DNA of 32,000 nt, from contig NC_003272.1 of assembly GCF_000009705.1 (NCBI RefSeq), positions 900,001-932,000 on the forward strand, given 5' to 3'. The notes under the pieces were generated by a model. It worked only from the letters and a program-made list of their open reading frames with translations. It made no database searches and was not told the DNA's origin. The DNA is from Nostoc sp. PCC 7120 = FACHB-418. Its GTDB lineage: Bacteria > Cyanobacteriota > Cyanobacteriia > Cyanobacteriales > Nostocaceae. Position 1 is the stretch's first letter. Each line of letters starts with the position of its first letter. The translations under genes were made by a program, and so were the position numbers. Of this stretch, positions 1-8,485 are shown one piece after another.

Positions 1-894
1 GACAAAGCCCAACAATTACACATTGTTTCTGGCGAATCCTTACCCCCCGCTTGGTCTGGTAAACTCTGGGCAGTTGAACAAGGTATTCAAAAAGCCAAAA
101 CCCTTGCACCAGATTATTTTTTTCTCACCGATGCAGACATTGAACATGATGTCAGCAACCTGCGGCGATTAGTCGCCAAAGCCCTACAAGAAGATTTAGA
201 CCTGGCATCTGTAATGGTAAAACTCAGGTGTGAAAGCTTTTGGGAAAAATTATTAATTCCCGCCTTCGTCTTTTTCTTTCAAAAACTCTACCCCTTTCGC
301 TGGGTAAATAACCCCAAAAACAAAATGGCGGCTGCTGCTGGTGGGTCTATTTTAATTCGTCGAGAAGTCCTAGAACAAATTGGTGGTATTCAAGTCATTC
401 GCCAGGCCTTAATTGATGACTGCACCCTCGCACAAGTCGTCAAGTCTGGTAGGCTAGGAGACAAATTAAACAATGCTATTGCCAGAAAAATCTGGCTAGG
501 CCTAAGTTCATCAACTCGCAGTCTACGACCATATGAATCTTTGCAAACAATTTGGGCTATGGTAGCGCGGACTGCATACACTCAGTTAAATTATTCCCCC
601 TGGTTACTTTTGGGAACTGTTGTAGGGATGACGTTGATTTATTTGCTCCCACCTGTAGCTACTATTATCGGTGTATTGATGGGAGATTGGAGAATTACGC
701 TGACAGGTTTAGGCGTATGGTTGCTGATGTCCTTGGCTTATTTACCCACGATTCGCTTTTATAAACGTTCTCCCTTATTAGCCTTTAGTTTACCAGCGAT
801 CGCCTTTCTCTATACCCTCATGACCATTGACTCTGCATTCCGTCATTGGCAAGGGCGCGGTGGTGCGTGGAAAGGTAGAGTATACCCAGGCTAG
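1..894 (+). CDS. Family-2 glycosyltransferase, 5'-truncated by the window edge (HpnB-like, hopanoid-associated type)
   Basis: Frame 1 is open from nt 1 (DKAQQLHIVSGESLPPAWSGKLWAVEQG..FFLTDADIEHD..) and runs into track ORF 214..894. GT2-type motifs are present (WSGKLWA, TDADI, AAAGGSILIRR), followed by C-terminal TM helices. The HpnB resemblance is from memory and is not verified. Confidence 0.8.
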   Translation, partial: DKAQQLHIVSGESLPPAWSGKLWAVEQGIQKAKTLAPDYFFLTDADIEHDVSNLRRLVAKALQEDLDLASVMVKLRCESFWEKLLIPAFVFFFQKLYPFRWVNNPKNKMAAAAGGSILIRREVLEQIGGIQVIRQALIDDCTLAQVVKSGRLGDKLNNAIARKIWLGLSSSTRSLRPYESLQTIWAMVARTAYTQLNYSPWLLLGTVVGMTLIYLLPPVATIIGVLMGDWRITLTGLGVWLLMSLAYLPTIRFYKRSPLLAFSLPAIAFLYTLMTIDSAFRHWQGRGGAWKGRVYPG

Positions 895-1196
895 TATCGC
901 AAGGCGGAATTCAAAATACCCTACGGGAAGCTAAAGCTACAAAATTCAAAATGAATACAGCATAAGGGTTTTGTTGATTTGCAACGCGTAGATTATTGCG
1001 AATTGCGTTGGCGTTAGTGTGGTTTTACCCAAAAGTTGCCAAGAACCAAGATATGCTTCAAACCTATGATTCGAGTTTAAAAAACCTGAAATTTAGCTAC
1101 AGCAAGTAATCTAGCTCAAAAAATTGCACACAGGGCGATCGCTAATCATTGATTTTGAATTGTGATTGCAATGTCAAGTGAGGTAGTCAAAAATGC

Positions 1197-1694
1197 TCAA
1201 ATACCTGCTCCTACACAGTGAATCCGCCGAAATGGCAAAGCATCAGTCAAGGAATTACTCCGTTCTAAATTTGTAGCCGTTAAGAGTCTAATTTCGCCCA
1301 TTTGCCAAGTTTTTGTTGTTGAGTCAAGATATTCAAATTTAATCGCAGTCACTTCAAATTGATGATCACCATTACCTGAATCCCACTGGACACGAATAGA
1401 GGGATTTCGCACCTCTGTACCACCATACTGAGTAATATGTTCGATTAGCAAACTATAGACACACTCCTGATTGTCATCAATATAATTGCCATTCTTCTGA
1501 ATAACCGCCTGTAGATATTCTCGACCAATACCCTCAGCACTAGGTAATGGTAATATGATCGGGCCAGGTAGCTTACTTTTGTAGGATACTAGGTTGAAAA
1601 GTGTCCCAACCCCCACAATTGCCGCTAATCCACCTGTAACAATCGCCCCTGTTTTCAGGAAAATAGAGAGCCATTTTTTCAATGATTGCAGCAT
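1197..1694 (-). CDS. Hypothetical membrane-anchored protein (one N-terminal TM helix plus a ~120-aa soluble domain)
   Basis: 165-aa ORF with the hydrophobic helix GAIVTGGLAAIVGVGTLFNLV near the N-terminus. It lies 132 nt downstream of the serpin on the same strand. No family recognised. Confidence 0.6.
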   Translation of the reverse strand: MLQSLKKWLSIFLKTGAIVTGGLAAIVGVGTLFNLVSYKSKLPGPIILPLPSAEGIGREYLQAVIQKNGNYIDDNQECVYSLLIEHITQYGGTEVRNPSIRVQWDSGNGDHQFEVTAIKFEYLDSTTKTWQMGEIRLLTATNLERSNSLTDALPFRRIHCVGAGI

Positions 1695-1826
1695 GAATTT
1701 ATAGCGTTTGTTGATTGGCTTAACAGCATGAAATTACGTTAACTCTTGGTCACGTTATGGTTCAAAAGTTGGTCATGCTGGAGGTAAAATCACAGTTAGC
1801 CTTGCCGAAGGCTATTGCGAATTGAT

Positions 1827-2951
1827 TTAATTTGGTTCTACAACCGCACCCATAAACAAGATATTTTTGCTTTGATTATCACGAATTGCATAGAAAAAGG
1901 GACGGTCAACAATCATTTTAAATGGCTGTTGTGGCTCTCTCAAAGATGTCGCTACCATGCCTACAGAAGTTGCTGCACTAGCTTCTGTACCTTCTTCATT
2001 CACCTCAATCACAGTTTTATGTCTCACTTGGCTAATAGTTAAATTGTCGCCGATACCAGAAAAGTTGGCTTTATTACTAAAAGCTTCTGCCATGCCTAAA
2101 GACTTCAGGGCATCATTCAGGGTAATATCATAGTCTGTTTGAAAGCGCGGTAACCGAATAGAGCCTTCACGGTTTCTAAACTGAGGCATCCATTTTTCCC
2201 AGTTCTCTGCATTTAAGTTTTGAGAAAAGGCTTTGAGGTTAGAGTTTTTTGTGGGCAAAAAGATATACAGACTCACCTTGCCATCTTGACCATAAGGTAA
2301 ACTTACAGACTGAAATTGTGGGGTTTCATAATATCTATATTCACCCGTTTGTGACATCATCGGGTGTTGTTTCTGCTGACCAGATGCAGTGTAAAAGGTC
2401 TGTGGTGTTGTTTGAGATTTGTCGAAGGCGTTACTCCATTTGCCATTAAAATATATGGCGTTGATAAGAAATAGCGCCTGATTTGGTTCAATATTATCGA
2501 CAATTTTGTCAATTTTACCTTTGGTATTTTCCTGTACCCAGGAATTAATTGTATTTACAGCCGTGACATTTTGAAAGTCTAAATTGGTCACCTTAGCTTG
2601 ATAGAAATCGCGGGTGGTTTGCACAAAATCGGGACGCAAACTAACATCCTGATTAACCCACAGGGAGTTAGCTATAGTCAGTTGGACATTTTCACCAGGA
2701 TTTTGTAGCAGCTTGTTTAATGAAGCGTAACCAGAGTTGAGTTCTGGTAGACTGATACCCTGTAACTCTAGGGTTTTGGCCATTGCTTTTTGCGTAGAGC
2801 CGCTAGCGCCATTGTAGGTCATAGCTAGGGCGATCGCTACACTCGTGGGCGACACAGAAATATTTTTGGCGTTACCATCTTGTTTGGCAATTTCCGAAAA
2901 CAGCTTAAAGCCAAACTTATTATTAGCATCGACAATTTTAGTATCAGGCAC
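1827..2951 (-). CDS. Serpin (serine protease inhibitor), inhibitory-type hinge
   Basis: Serpin signatures include NISVSPTSVAIALAMTYNGASGST and the reactive-centre-loop hinge EVNEEGTEASAATSVGMVATSLR followed by PFKMIVDRPFFYAIRD. The ORF starts at GTG 2951 and has no signal peptide of its own (see the 2951..3154 fragment). Confidence 0.9.
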   Translation of the reverse strand: MPDTKIVDANNKFGFKLFSEIAKQDGNAKNISVSPTSVAIALAMTYNGASGSTQKAMAKTLELQGISLPELNSGYASLNKLLQNPGENVQLTIANSLWVNQDVSLRPDFVQTTRDFYQAKVTNLDFQNVTAVNTINSWVQENTKGKIDKIVDNIEPNQALFLINAIYFNGKWSNAFDKSQTTPQTFYTASGQQKQHPMMSQTGEYRYYETPQFQSVSLPYGQDGKVSLYIFLPTKNSNLKAFSQNLNAENWEKWMPQFRNREGSIRLPRFQTDYDITLNDALKSLGMAEAFSNKANFSGIGDNLTISQVRHKTVIEVNEEGTEASAATSVGMVATSLREPQQPFKMIVDRPFFYAIRDNQSKNILFMGAVVEPN

Positions 2952-3154
2952 TACTGTTTTTTTTGCAATGAAGATTCTGCTGGAGATACCCCAGTCTGGG
3001 CTAGCGCACTTGTGTCAGGATTAACTTGAGAACAACCTAGTACACTGAATAGAACTACGCTAGCTGCTGCCAGAACATAACGTCTTCCCAGACTAACAGC
3101 GTAACGTCTTTGTAAAAAACTGTCTTTCACACCACTGAACTTCTGCCGATTCAT
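2951..3154 (-). CDS. Lipoprotein signal-peptide-only ORF, probably the displaced 5' part of the serpin gene (frameshift at an A8 tract)
   Basis: The 67-aa ORF has a basic n-region, the hydrophobic core YVLAAASVVLFSVLGC (lipobox-like VLGC), and a Ser/Pro/Gln linker. Its TAG (2953-2951) shares one nt with the serpin GTG. A T8 run lies at 2957-2964 on the + strand. Confidence 0.5.
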   Translation of the reverse strand: MNRQKFSGVKDSFLQRRYAVSLGRRYVLAAASVVLFSVLGCSQVNPDTSALAQTGVSPAESSLQKKQ

Positions 3155-3537
3155 GTTACTACCTCGTGTGCCAAAGTTTTTAGCTATCTACCAAACTTGA
3201 CGTTAATGCCGTATTGCTTATTTACTATTGCATTAACATACCTGAAACACTCGACGGTTACAGTTTTAGTAACAGTAACTTTGGCAAGAAAGGTAAATAT
3301 AACTATTGCAAAAATTCCCTCAATATGAATCAGTATATTGATTTTACAGTCTCTAATATCGGTGGTTTATCTTAAGGCTGAATATTTGTATTTTAGACTA
3401 CTAAATTTCGGTTTTCCCACAGTAGCCCTAGAATCATTTATGGTAAACAAATTTGCCAACTTCTCAAATAAGTCGGTAATTCAATCTGGCAATTTTCAAA
3501 CCAATAAGTCTCAAGGGTGAAATTCCCAACTTTTAAA

Positions 3538-5127
3538 TTAATTCGGGACTGTCCACCAAGCTAAGGCATAGGGCTGAGTGGCTTCATTAAGCTGCTTCTG
3601 GAACTGGACACGGATTTTGTAGTTTCCATGAGCAGGAACAGGGCAGAAAATATGTTCTACACTATCAACTTCACTAATAGAAGAACAAGCAACACCAGAA
3701 TCTATATTATTGGTATCAGCTTTTACTAGATAAAGATCGAGGTTATTCAGCTTGCGATCGCGGAAATTTTCACCTACATCAAATTGCTGATTTTTATTAG
3801 TATCATTTAATTCTACCAAACGGTTCCAACTAAGAGTAATAGCTACAAAACTATCTTTCTTGAGTGGTCTTGTTAACGCATAATCAACAGACTTGCCTAT
3901 ATCTACTTGTCGATAATCCCAACCAATCCCTGGAACTGGTGCTGTTGGTTGCCATTGACCAGCGCTAAATTGCTGATAAGCACGAAACGCATTTAAATGA
4001 CCCGTTCCCATTTGGGCATTTAAAGGAATTTTGGGGTCTTGGTAGGCATCAGAAGCTAGCCAGTCTTGGCTTTGTTTATCAATAAGTGTGCGAGTCATGC
4101 CCAAGCGTAAACCATCACCACTATCTTGAATCTTTTCGGCTGAATTGAGTAGTACTGCTTTCATCACTTGCTGACGGCGGCTATCAATGCTCCAGTTTGG
4201 TTTTTTGGTGCGTAGCTGTCTATCACCAAATTCTTGTAGTAAAGCCACCGTAGCGGTGAGATGAGGTGCAGCAAAACTTGTCCCTGTGACCTTGTTCAAC
4301 TTGCCATCAGGATTGAGCAAGTTAATATTACTACCAGGCGCTACTATACTAACGGCGCGACGGCCATCTATATTAAATTCCTTACCAGCCAGACGACCGC
4401 TAACACCTTGGTTAACGCCTGCTAGGTTAGAAACGTCAACTTTATTGAAAATTCCCTCTCTTCGGGATGAAAAAGCCACGTTTATTCCGTTAAAATTGTC
4501 TGTAGGGATAGGAATACCACCTTTACCCTGATTGCCTGCGATCGCATACACGACATCATGAACACGACTCGACCAGTCAACACACAAAGTCAGTAAAGCA
4601 TTCCCATCTAAAACAGCCTCTGGTCGAGGGTCACGGTTAAGAGGTTCACCAAAGCTAAAGTTAATAGCACGGACATCACCACCATTTTGTGATGCTATGT
4701 GCTGGGCCGATAAACACTCTTCTGGTTGACCCATATTTTTTGTAGAACCTACCGCCGACGAATATAATTTCGCTGCCGGCGCAACCCCAGGTAAACCTTT
4801 GTCCCTACTGACCATTACACCAGCCACATTATAAGCATGGGGGTCAACACCGTTATTCGATTTAGCTGGGCCATTGCGTAAAAAAACAGCCGCCAGTGAA
4901 ACAGCACGATTTTTAGACACAGCCTTATCCCAACCAAACATCCCCGGACGACCGATTTCCACCTGACCGATAGCAATCTTTCTACCAAGCAAATTATAAG
5001 GAGGTTGGTGTAACTTCAAAGCATCAATACCGTTAGTTCCCAATGAACTTTGTAAAGCCGCAGCCAACACAGGCACACTTAAACAGGAAGCACTTAATCC
5101 GCAAATTATCCAAGTTAGTTTTTTCAT
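3538..5127 (-). CDS. Secreted subtilisin-like serine peptidase (S8 family) with a C-terminal beta-rich extension
   Basis: Signal peptide MKKLTWIICGLSASCLSVPVLAAA. His motif DPHAYNVAGV, oxyanion AIAGNQG, and Ser motif GTSFAAPHLTATVALL. The position where the Asp motif is expected reads IAIGQVEIGRPG. Confidence 0.88.
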   Translation of the reverse strand: MKKLTWIICGLSASCLSVPVLAAALQSSLGTNGIDALKLHQPPYNLLGRKIAIGQVEIGRPGMFGWDKAVSKNRAVSLAAVFLRNGPAKSNNGVDPHAYNVAGVMVSRDKGLPGVAPAAKLYSSAVGSTKNMGQPEECLSAQHIASQNGGDVRAINFSFGEPLNRDPRPEAVLDGNALLTLCVDWSSRVHDVVYAIAGNQGKGGIPIPTDNFNGINVAFSSRREGIFNKVDVSNLAGVNQGVSGRLAGKEFNIDGRRAVSIVAPGSNINLLNPDGKLNKVTGTSFAAPHLTATVALLQEFGDRQLRTKKPNWSIDSRRQQVMKAVLLNSAEKIQDSGDGLRLGMTRTLIDKQSQDWLASDAYQDPKIPLNAQMGTGHLNAFRAYQQFSAGQWQPTAPVPGIGWDYRQVDIGKSVDYALTRPLKKDSFVAITLSWNRLVELNDTNKNQQFDVGENFRDRKLNNLDLYLVKADTNNIDSGVACSSISEVDSVEHIFCPVPAHGNYKIRVQFQKQLNEATQPYALAWWTVPN

Positions 5128-5220
5128 AGTTATTAGTAAGTTGTCAGTTGTCAGTTGCCAATAGTTTTTTACTCCCTTGCCTCCTGTCTCCTACCCCTGC
5201 CTTTTTCTAAAATTCTCAAT

Positions 5221-5246
5221 ATTTTGTTACAGTATTTTGTTACAAT
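5221..5246 (+). promoter_or_regulatory. Direct repeat ATTTTGTTACA x2 ending in a -10-like TACAAT, upstream of rpe
   Basis: ATTTTGTTACA occurs at 5221-5231 and 5234-5244. TACAAT at 5241-5246 lies 36 nt before the rpe ATG. No convincing -35 element. Confidence 0.3.
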
Positions 5247-5281
5247 GCTTACAGACGAGGACGCTTAAAAACCCACCAGCC

Positions 5282-5989
5282 ATGACCCAAAACCGATCTG
5301 AAAAACCCATAGTAATCTCTCCATCTATCCTATCAGCCGACTTTAGCCGCTTAGGTGACGAAATTCGCGCTGTAGATGCAGCTGGAGCCGATTGGATTCA
5401 TGTTGATGTAATGGACGGTCGTTTTGTACCTAATATTACGATAGGTCCTCTGGTAGTGGAGGCGATTCGTCCAGTTACAAAGAAACCTCTGGATGTCCAC
5501 TTGATGATAGTGGAGCCAGAAAAGTATGTAGAAGATTTTGCTAAAGCAGGCGCTGACATCATTTCTGTTCATTGTGAACATAACGCTTCACCACATCTGC
5601 ACCGCACCCTGGGACAAATCAAAGAATTAGGTAAACAAGCAGGTGTCGTACTCAATCCTGGTACACCTTTAGAACTAATCGAATATGTTCTAGAACTGTG
5701 CGACCTCATACTAATTATGAGTGTTAACCCCGGCTTTGGTGGTCAAAGCTTTATTCCTGGGGTAGTACCCAAAATCCGCCAGTTGCGTCAAATGTGTGAC
5801 GAACGCGGTTTAGACCCTTGGATTGAAGTAGACGGCGGGCTAAAAGCTAACAATACTTGGCAAGTTTTAGAAGCAGGCGCGAATGCAATTGTGGCCGGTT
5901 CTGCTGTATTTAATGCTAAGGATTATGCAGAGGCGATTACTAATATTCGCAACAGCAAGCGTCCTACACCAGAATTGGCGAAGGTCTAG
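5282..5989 (+). CDS. rpe: Ribulose-phosphate 3-epimerase
   Basis: [56 protein letters not shown]. The start is trimmed from the track's 5177 to ATG 5282, because the upstream 35 aa are low-complexity leader sequence. Confidence 0.93.
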   Translation: MTQNRSEKPIVISPSILSADFSRLGDEIRAVDAAGADWIHVDVMDGRFVPNITIGPLVVEAIRPVTKKPLDVHLMIVEPEKYVEDFAKAGADIISVHCEHNASPHLHRTLGQIKELGKQAGVVLNPGTPLELIEYVLELCDLILIMSVNPGFGGQSFIPGVVPKIRQLRQMCDERGLDPWIEVDGGLKANNTWQVLEAGANAIVAGSAVFNAKDYAEAITNIRNSKRPTPELAKV

Positions 5990-6012
5990 GCTGACTGAAT
6001 AGATAGAGAATA

Positions 6013-6061
6013 ATCATAAAGTTAAGGGTGATAGTTCATTTATCACCCTTAACTTTATGAT
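6013..6061. terminator. Long perfect hairpin (20-bp stem, 9-nt loop) downstream of rpe
   Basis: ATCATAAAGTTAAGGGTGAT (6013-6032) pairs perfectly with ATCACCCTTAACTTTATGAT (6042-6061). There is no clear U-tract. It lies between the convergent genes rpe and metF. Confidence 0.4.
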
Positions 6062-6221
6062 ATTTGCGGGAAAATATTAGACTTGAAGTGCCAAACGCTA
6101 ATAACCCCAAGGTGGTTATAGGTTCAGGAATATCAACTCAGTTTAGTAATGCTTAGTGCTATTACATCAATCAAAAAGATTATTGAATGAACTATTTTAA
6201 TCATACTGTTTCTTCAAATGA

Positions 6222-6247
6222 TAGAGACGCAGAGTTTTACGTCTCTA
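6222..6247 (-). terminator. Hairpin just downstream of the metF stop
   Basis: TAGAGACG (6222-6229) pairs with CGTCTCTA (6240-6247) around a 10-nt loop, about 22 nt after the metF stop on the minus strand. The T-rich tail is only modest. Confidence 0.35.
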
Positions 6248-6268
6248 CCTAGCTAGTCTGTTACTGGC

Positions 6269-7198
6269 TTACTTCGCTACTAGCTGATTAACTGGTGCAA
6301 CACCAGCCAAGTCCAGAATTTTGGGAATCAAATCTTCCCGCTTGACTGCCATCATGTGGACACCATGACACAATTGCCGCGCTGTTTGTACTTGTTCGGC
6401 AGCAATTTTTACACCTTCTTCTAGCGGGTCTTTGGCTTTGGCTAATCTATCAATAATGTGTTCTGGTATATTTACACCGGGAACGCACCTATTAATAAAT
6501 TGGGCATTTTTTGCGGATTTCAACAGAAAAATTCCAGCCAAAATTGGTTTTTTATGGGTTGAAGCTATCTTATCCATAAACTTTTCTAGTTTTTCAAAAT
6601 CAGTGATTAATTGACTTTGAAAAAACTGCGCCCCTGCTTCGATTTTGCGTTCAAAGCGACTTTGCAAACCAGACCAACTCGCACATTGGGGGTCTACGGC
6701 TGCACCGACAAATAAATCGGTTGCGCCATCGGTCAAGGGTTTATCGTTGCAATCAACACCTTGATTCATTTTCCGAATTAGTTGCAATAGTCGTACTGCT
6801 TCCAAATCAAAGACGGCTTTGGCTTCAGGATGATCGCCTGCTTTTACTGGGTCGCCAGTCAAAGCTAAAATATTACGAATACCCAAGGCGTGAGCGCCCA
6901 TGAGGTCGGCTTGTAATGCAATACGGTTGCGATCGCGGCAAGCCATCTGACAAATTGGTTCAATACCCTGTTGCAACAAAATTGCCGATGCTACCAATGA
7001 AGACATCCGCAACACCGCACGGCTACCATCGGTAATATTGACAGCATGAACTCTCCCCTTAAGAGTCGCCGCCATTTCAATCATATGAGTGGGATTTCCC
7101 CCTTTCGGTGGTGCTACCTCGGCGGTAACTAAAAATTCCCCCGCTTGCGCGGCTTTACTGAAATAATTCAAAGCAGTATAGCTATGGTTATCGTCCAT
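6269..7198 (-). CDS. metF: 5,10-methylenetetrahydrofolate reductase
   Basis: 309-aa ORF with MTHFR-like blocks: FLVTAEVAPPKGG, VHAVNITDGSRAVLRMSS, NILALTGDP and AQFFQSQLITD. Confidence 0.88.
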   Translation of the reverse strand: MDDNHSYTALNYFSKAAQAGEFLVTAEVAPPKGGNPTHMIEMAATLKGRVHAVNITDGSRAVLRMSSLVASAILLQQGIEPICQMACRDRNRIALQADLMGAHALGIRNILALTGDPVKAGDHPEAKAVFDLEAVRLLQLIRKMNQGVDCNDKPLTDGATDLFVGAAVDPQCASWSGLQSRFERKIEAGAQFFQSQLITDFEKLEKFMDKIASTHKKPILAGIFLLKSAKNAQFINRCVPGVNIPEHIIDRLAKAKDPLEEGVKIAAEQVQTARQLCHGVHMMAVKREDLIPKILDLAGVAPVNQLVAK

Positions 7199-7426
7199 AA
7201 CGTGATTATGTTTGTTCTTTTTAAGGGTATAACGAATTACACCTGAAAGAACAAGGGAGTGGGAAGTCCAGCCTACAAAATACCTAGCCCCAATTAAGTC
7301 ATGTCAGTCGCTCAAGAATTAGAACCAGCAGCAGATATAATATTTCCGCCAGGAGACATTGAAAGCCACGAGCCTTGATAACATTGATTATCGCTCTTTT
7401 ATGACTCTGATGAAAGAAAAAAATAT

Positions 7427-7502
7427 AGGTTGGGTTGAACCTTAGTGAAACCCAACAAAACCAAGGATTTTTCGTGTTGGGTTGAGGAACGAAACCCAAC
7501 CT
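7427..7502. repeat. Small dispersed-repeat / MITE-like double hairpin (GTTGGGTT..AACCCAAC twice)
   Basis: Hairpins at 7429-7456 and 7476-7500. The outer arms AGGTTGGGTT (7427-7436) and AACCCAACCT (7493-7502) also pair. This motif family is widespread in Nostoc-type genomes and generates the spurious ORF 7299..7544. Confidence 0.6.
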
Positions 7503-7715
7503 TGTATATTGAGGGAAGTAATAGAAGAGCGTTATACTAAGCAATCACCTGCGTTCGGCCGTAGACCATCACGCCCTAGATTGATCAATTCTAATTAAGT
7601 TACTTCACTTAGATGAACGCGATCGCGCTTTCTTTAGTAGTTGACTATATCTGCAATATTGTTAAACAATTCAGATATAATAATAAGTTTGTCTATTGCT
7701 TTTGTTTTTTAGAAT

Positions 7716-8030
7716 ATGTCTAAGACTTACACCGTTGAGATTCTCCACCAAGGTAAAACCCACACTTTACAGGTTCCTGAAGATAAAACTATTTTATCAG
7801 TTGCAGATGAACAAGGGTTAGATTTACCTAGTTCTTGCCATGCTGGTGTTTGTACAACTTGCGCTGGTCAAATTATTACCGGAACTGTAGATCAAAGTGA
7901 TGGTATGGGGGTTAGCCCAGAACTACAACAACAAGGTTACGCATTGCTTTGTGTAGCCTATCCTCGTTCCGATTTGAAAATTGAAACCGAAAAAGAAGAT
8001 ACTGTTTATCAAATGCAATTCGGTAAGTAA
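7716..8030 (+). CDS. Plant-type [2Fe-2S] ferredoxin
   Basis: The Cys ligand pattern SCHAGVCTTCAG....LLCVAYP is present in a 104-aa ORF. Confidence 0.92.
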   Translation: MSKTYTVEILHQGKTHTLQVPEDKTILSVADEQGLDLPSSCHAGVCTTCAGQIITGTVDQSDGMGVSPELQQQGYALLCVAYPRSDLKIETEKEDTVYQMQFGK

Positions 8031-8048
8031 GATAAATAGCTTGATGTC

Positions 8049-8122
8049 GGTAATTGGTAATTTTTTGTTGTCAGTAATTTGTGGGTCAATCCCAATTACT
8101 GATATTTATCATTACCAATTAC
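8049..8122. repeat. Nested inverted repeats built from GGTAATT-type heptamers downstream of the ferredoxin gene
   Basis: GTAATTGGTAAT (8050-8061) pairs with ATTACCAATTAC (8111-8122). The inner pair is CAGTAATT (8072-8079) with AATTACTG (8094-8101). Confidence 0.5.
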
Positions 8123-8204
8123 TATCCATGATCCACAATATACATAAAATCAGTATTTCACTAAGGCTGAAATCGGTTATTCTAGAAGCTACAAATCAAC
8201 CGGA

Positions 8205-8396
8205 TTGACAGCGATGACAACCCATTTTATTAGTGCAGAAATTGACATCCAAGAAACACCAACAGAATTACAAGCAGCCATTGAGGCAGAGTTGAAAAAG
8301 CAAGGTGAACCTCTCCGTTGGGCGATTACTGCTGTAGATGATGAACGGCAAAAGGCGACAGTAGAAGCTGTGGTGACTACAGTTAGTGCCAAGTAG
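8205..8396 (+). CDS. Small conserved-looking hypothetical protein (63 aa)
   Basis: The composition is balanced and acidic (..ELQAAIEAELKKQGEPLRWAITAVDDERQKATVEAVVT..). It is co-directional with its neighbours. The overlapping antisense ORF 8189..8452 is Ser/Ala-rich and looks spurious. Confidence 0.55.
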   Translation: MTAMTTHFISAEIDIQETPTELQAAIEAELKKQGEPLRWAITAVDDERQKATVEAVVTTVSAK

Positions 8397-8485
8397 TGAC
8401 TTCCAAGTGCTGAGTATTGATCAATACTGGGGGTTAACCCATCTATCCGCAATAATTTTGAAGCTACATTAACTCAGCACTGAAT

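Noticed and set aside
390-764. Track ORFs 390..581 (-) and 552..764 (+) inside the glycosyltransferase gene
   Set aside because: They lie antisense to, or out of frame with, a well-supported GT2 reading frame. They have odd composition and no independent signals.
996-1824. 12-nt direct match TATTGCGAATTG near 998 and near 1813
   Set aside because: Roughly thirty 12-mer coincidences are expected by chance in a 32-kb window. The match has no flanking similarity.
1815-2449. Track ORFs 1815..2042 (+) and 2249..2449 (+) opposite the serpin
   Set aside because: They are fully embedded antisense in a gene with clear serpin motifs. They are short and Cys/His-rich, which is typical of shadow ORFs.
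3338-3520. 60-aa ORF in the subtilase/serpin spacer
   Set aside because: It lies in an AT-rich spacer, has a low-complexity product and has no RBS or context. It is more likely the serpin promoter region.
5177-5281. 35-aa N-terminal extension of rpe in the track ORF
   Set aside because: The extension is a hydrophobic, low-complexity read-through of promoter and leader DNA. Conserved Rpe sequence begins right after ATG 5282.
7299-7544. 81-aa ORF on the minus strand
   Set aside because: The reading frame is built from the double-hairpin dispersed repeat (7427-7502) and its flanking spacer.
7637-7681. Possible NtcA-type site GTAGTTGACTATAT (GTA-N8-TAT) with TATAAT at 7676 upstream of the ferredoxin gene
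   Set aside because: The second half-site is TAT rather than TAC. The spacing to the -10 element is 25 nt rather than about 22. This is too weak to call without data.
7981-8452. Track ORFs 7981..8208 (+) and 8189..8452 (-)
   Set aside because: The first runs through heptamer and inverted-repeat spacer DNA. The second is a Ser/Ala-rich antisense shadow of the more protein-like 63-aa + strand ORF.
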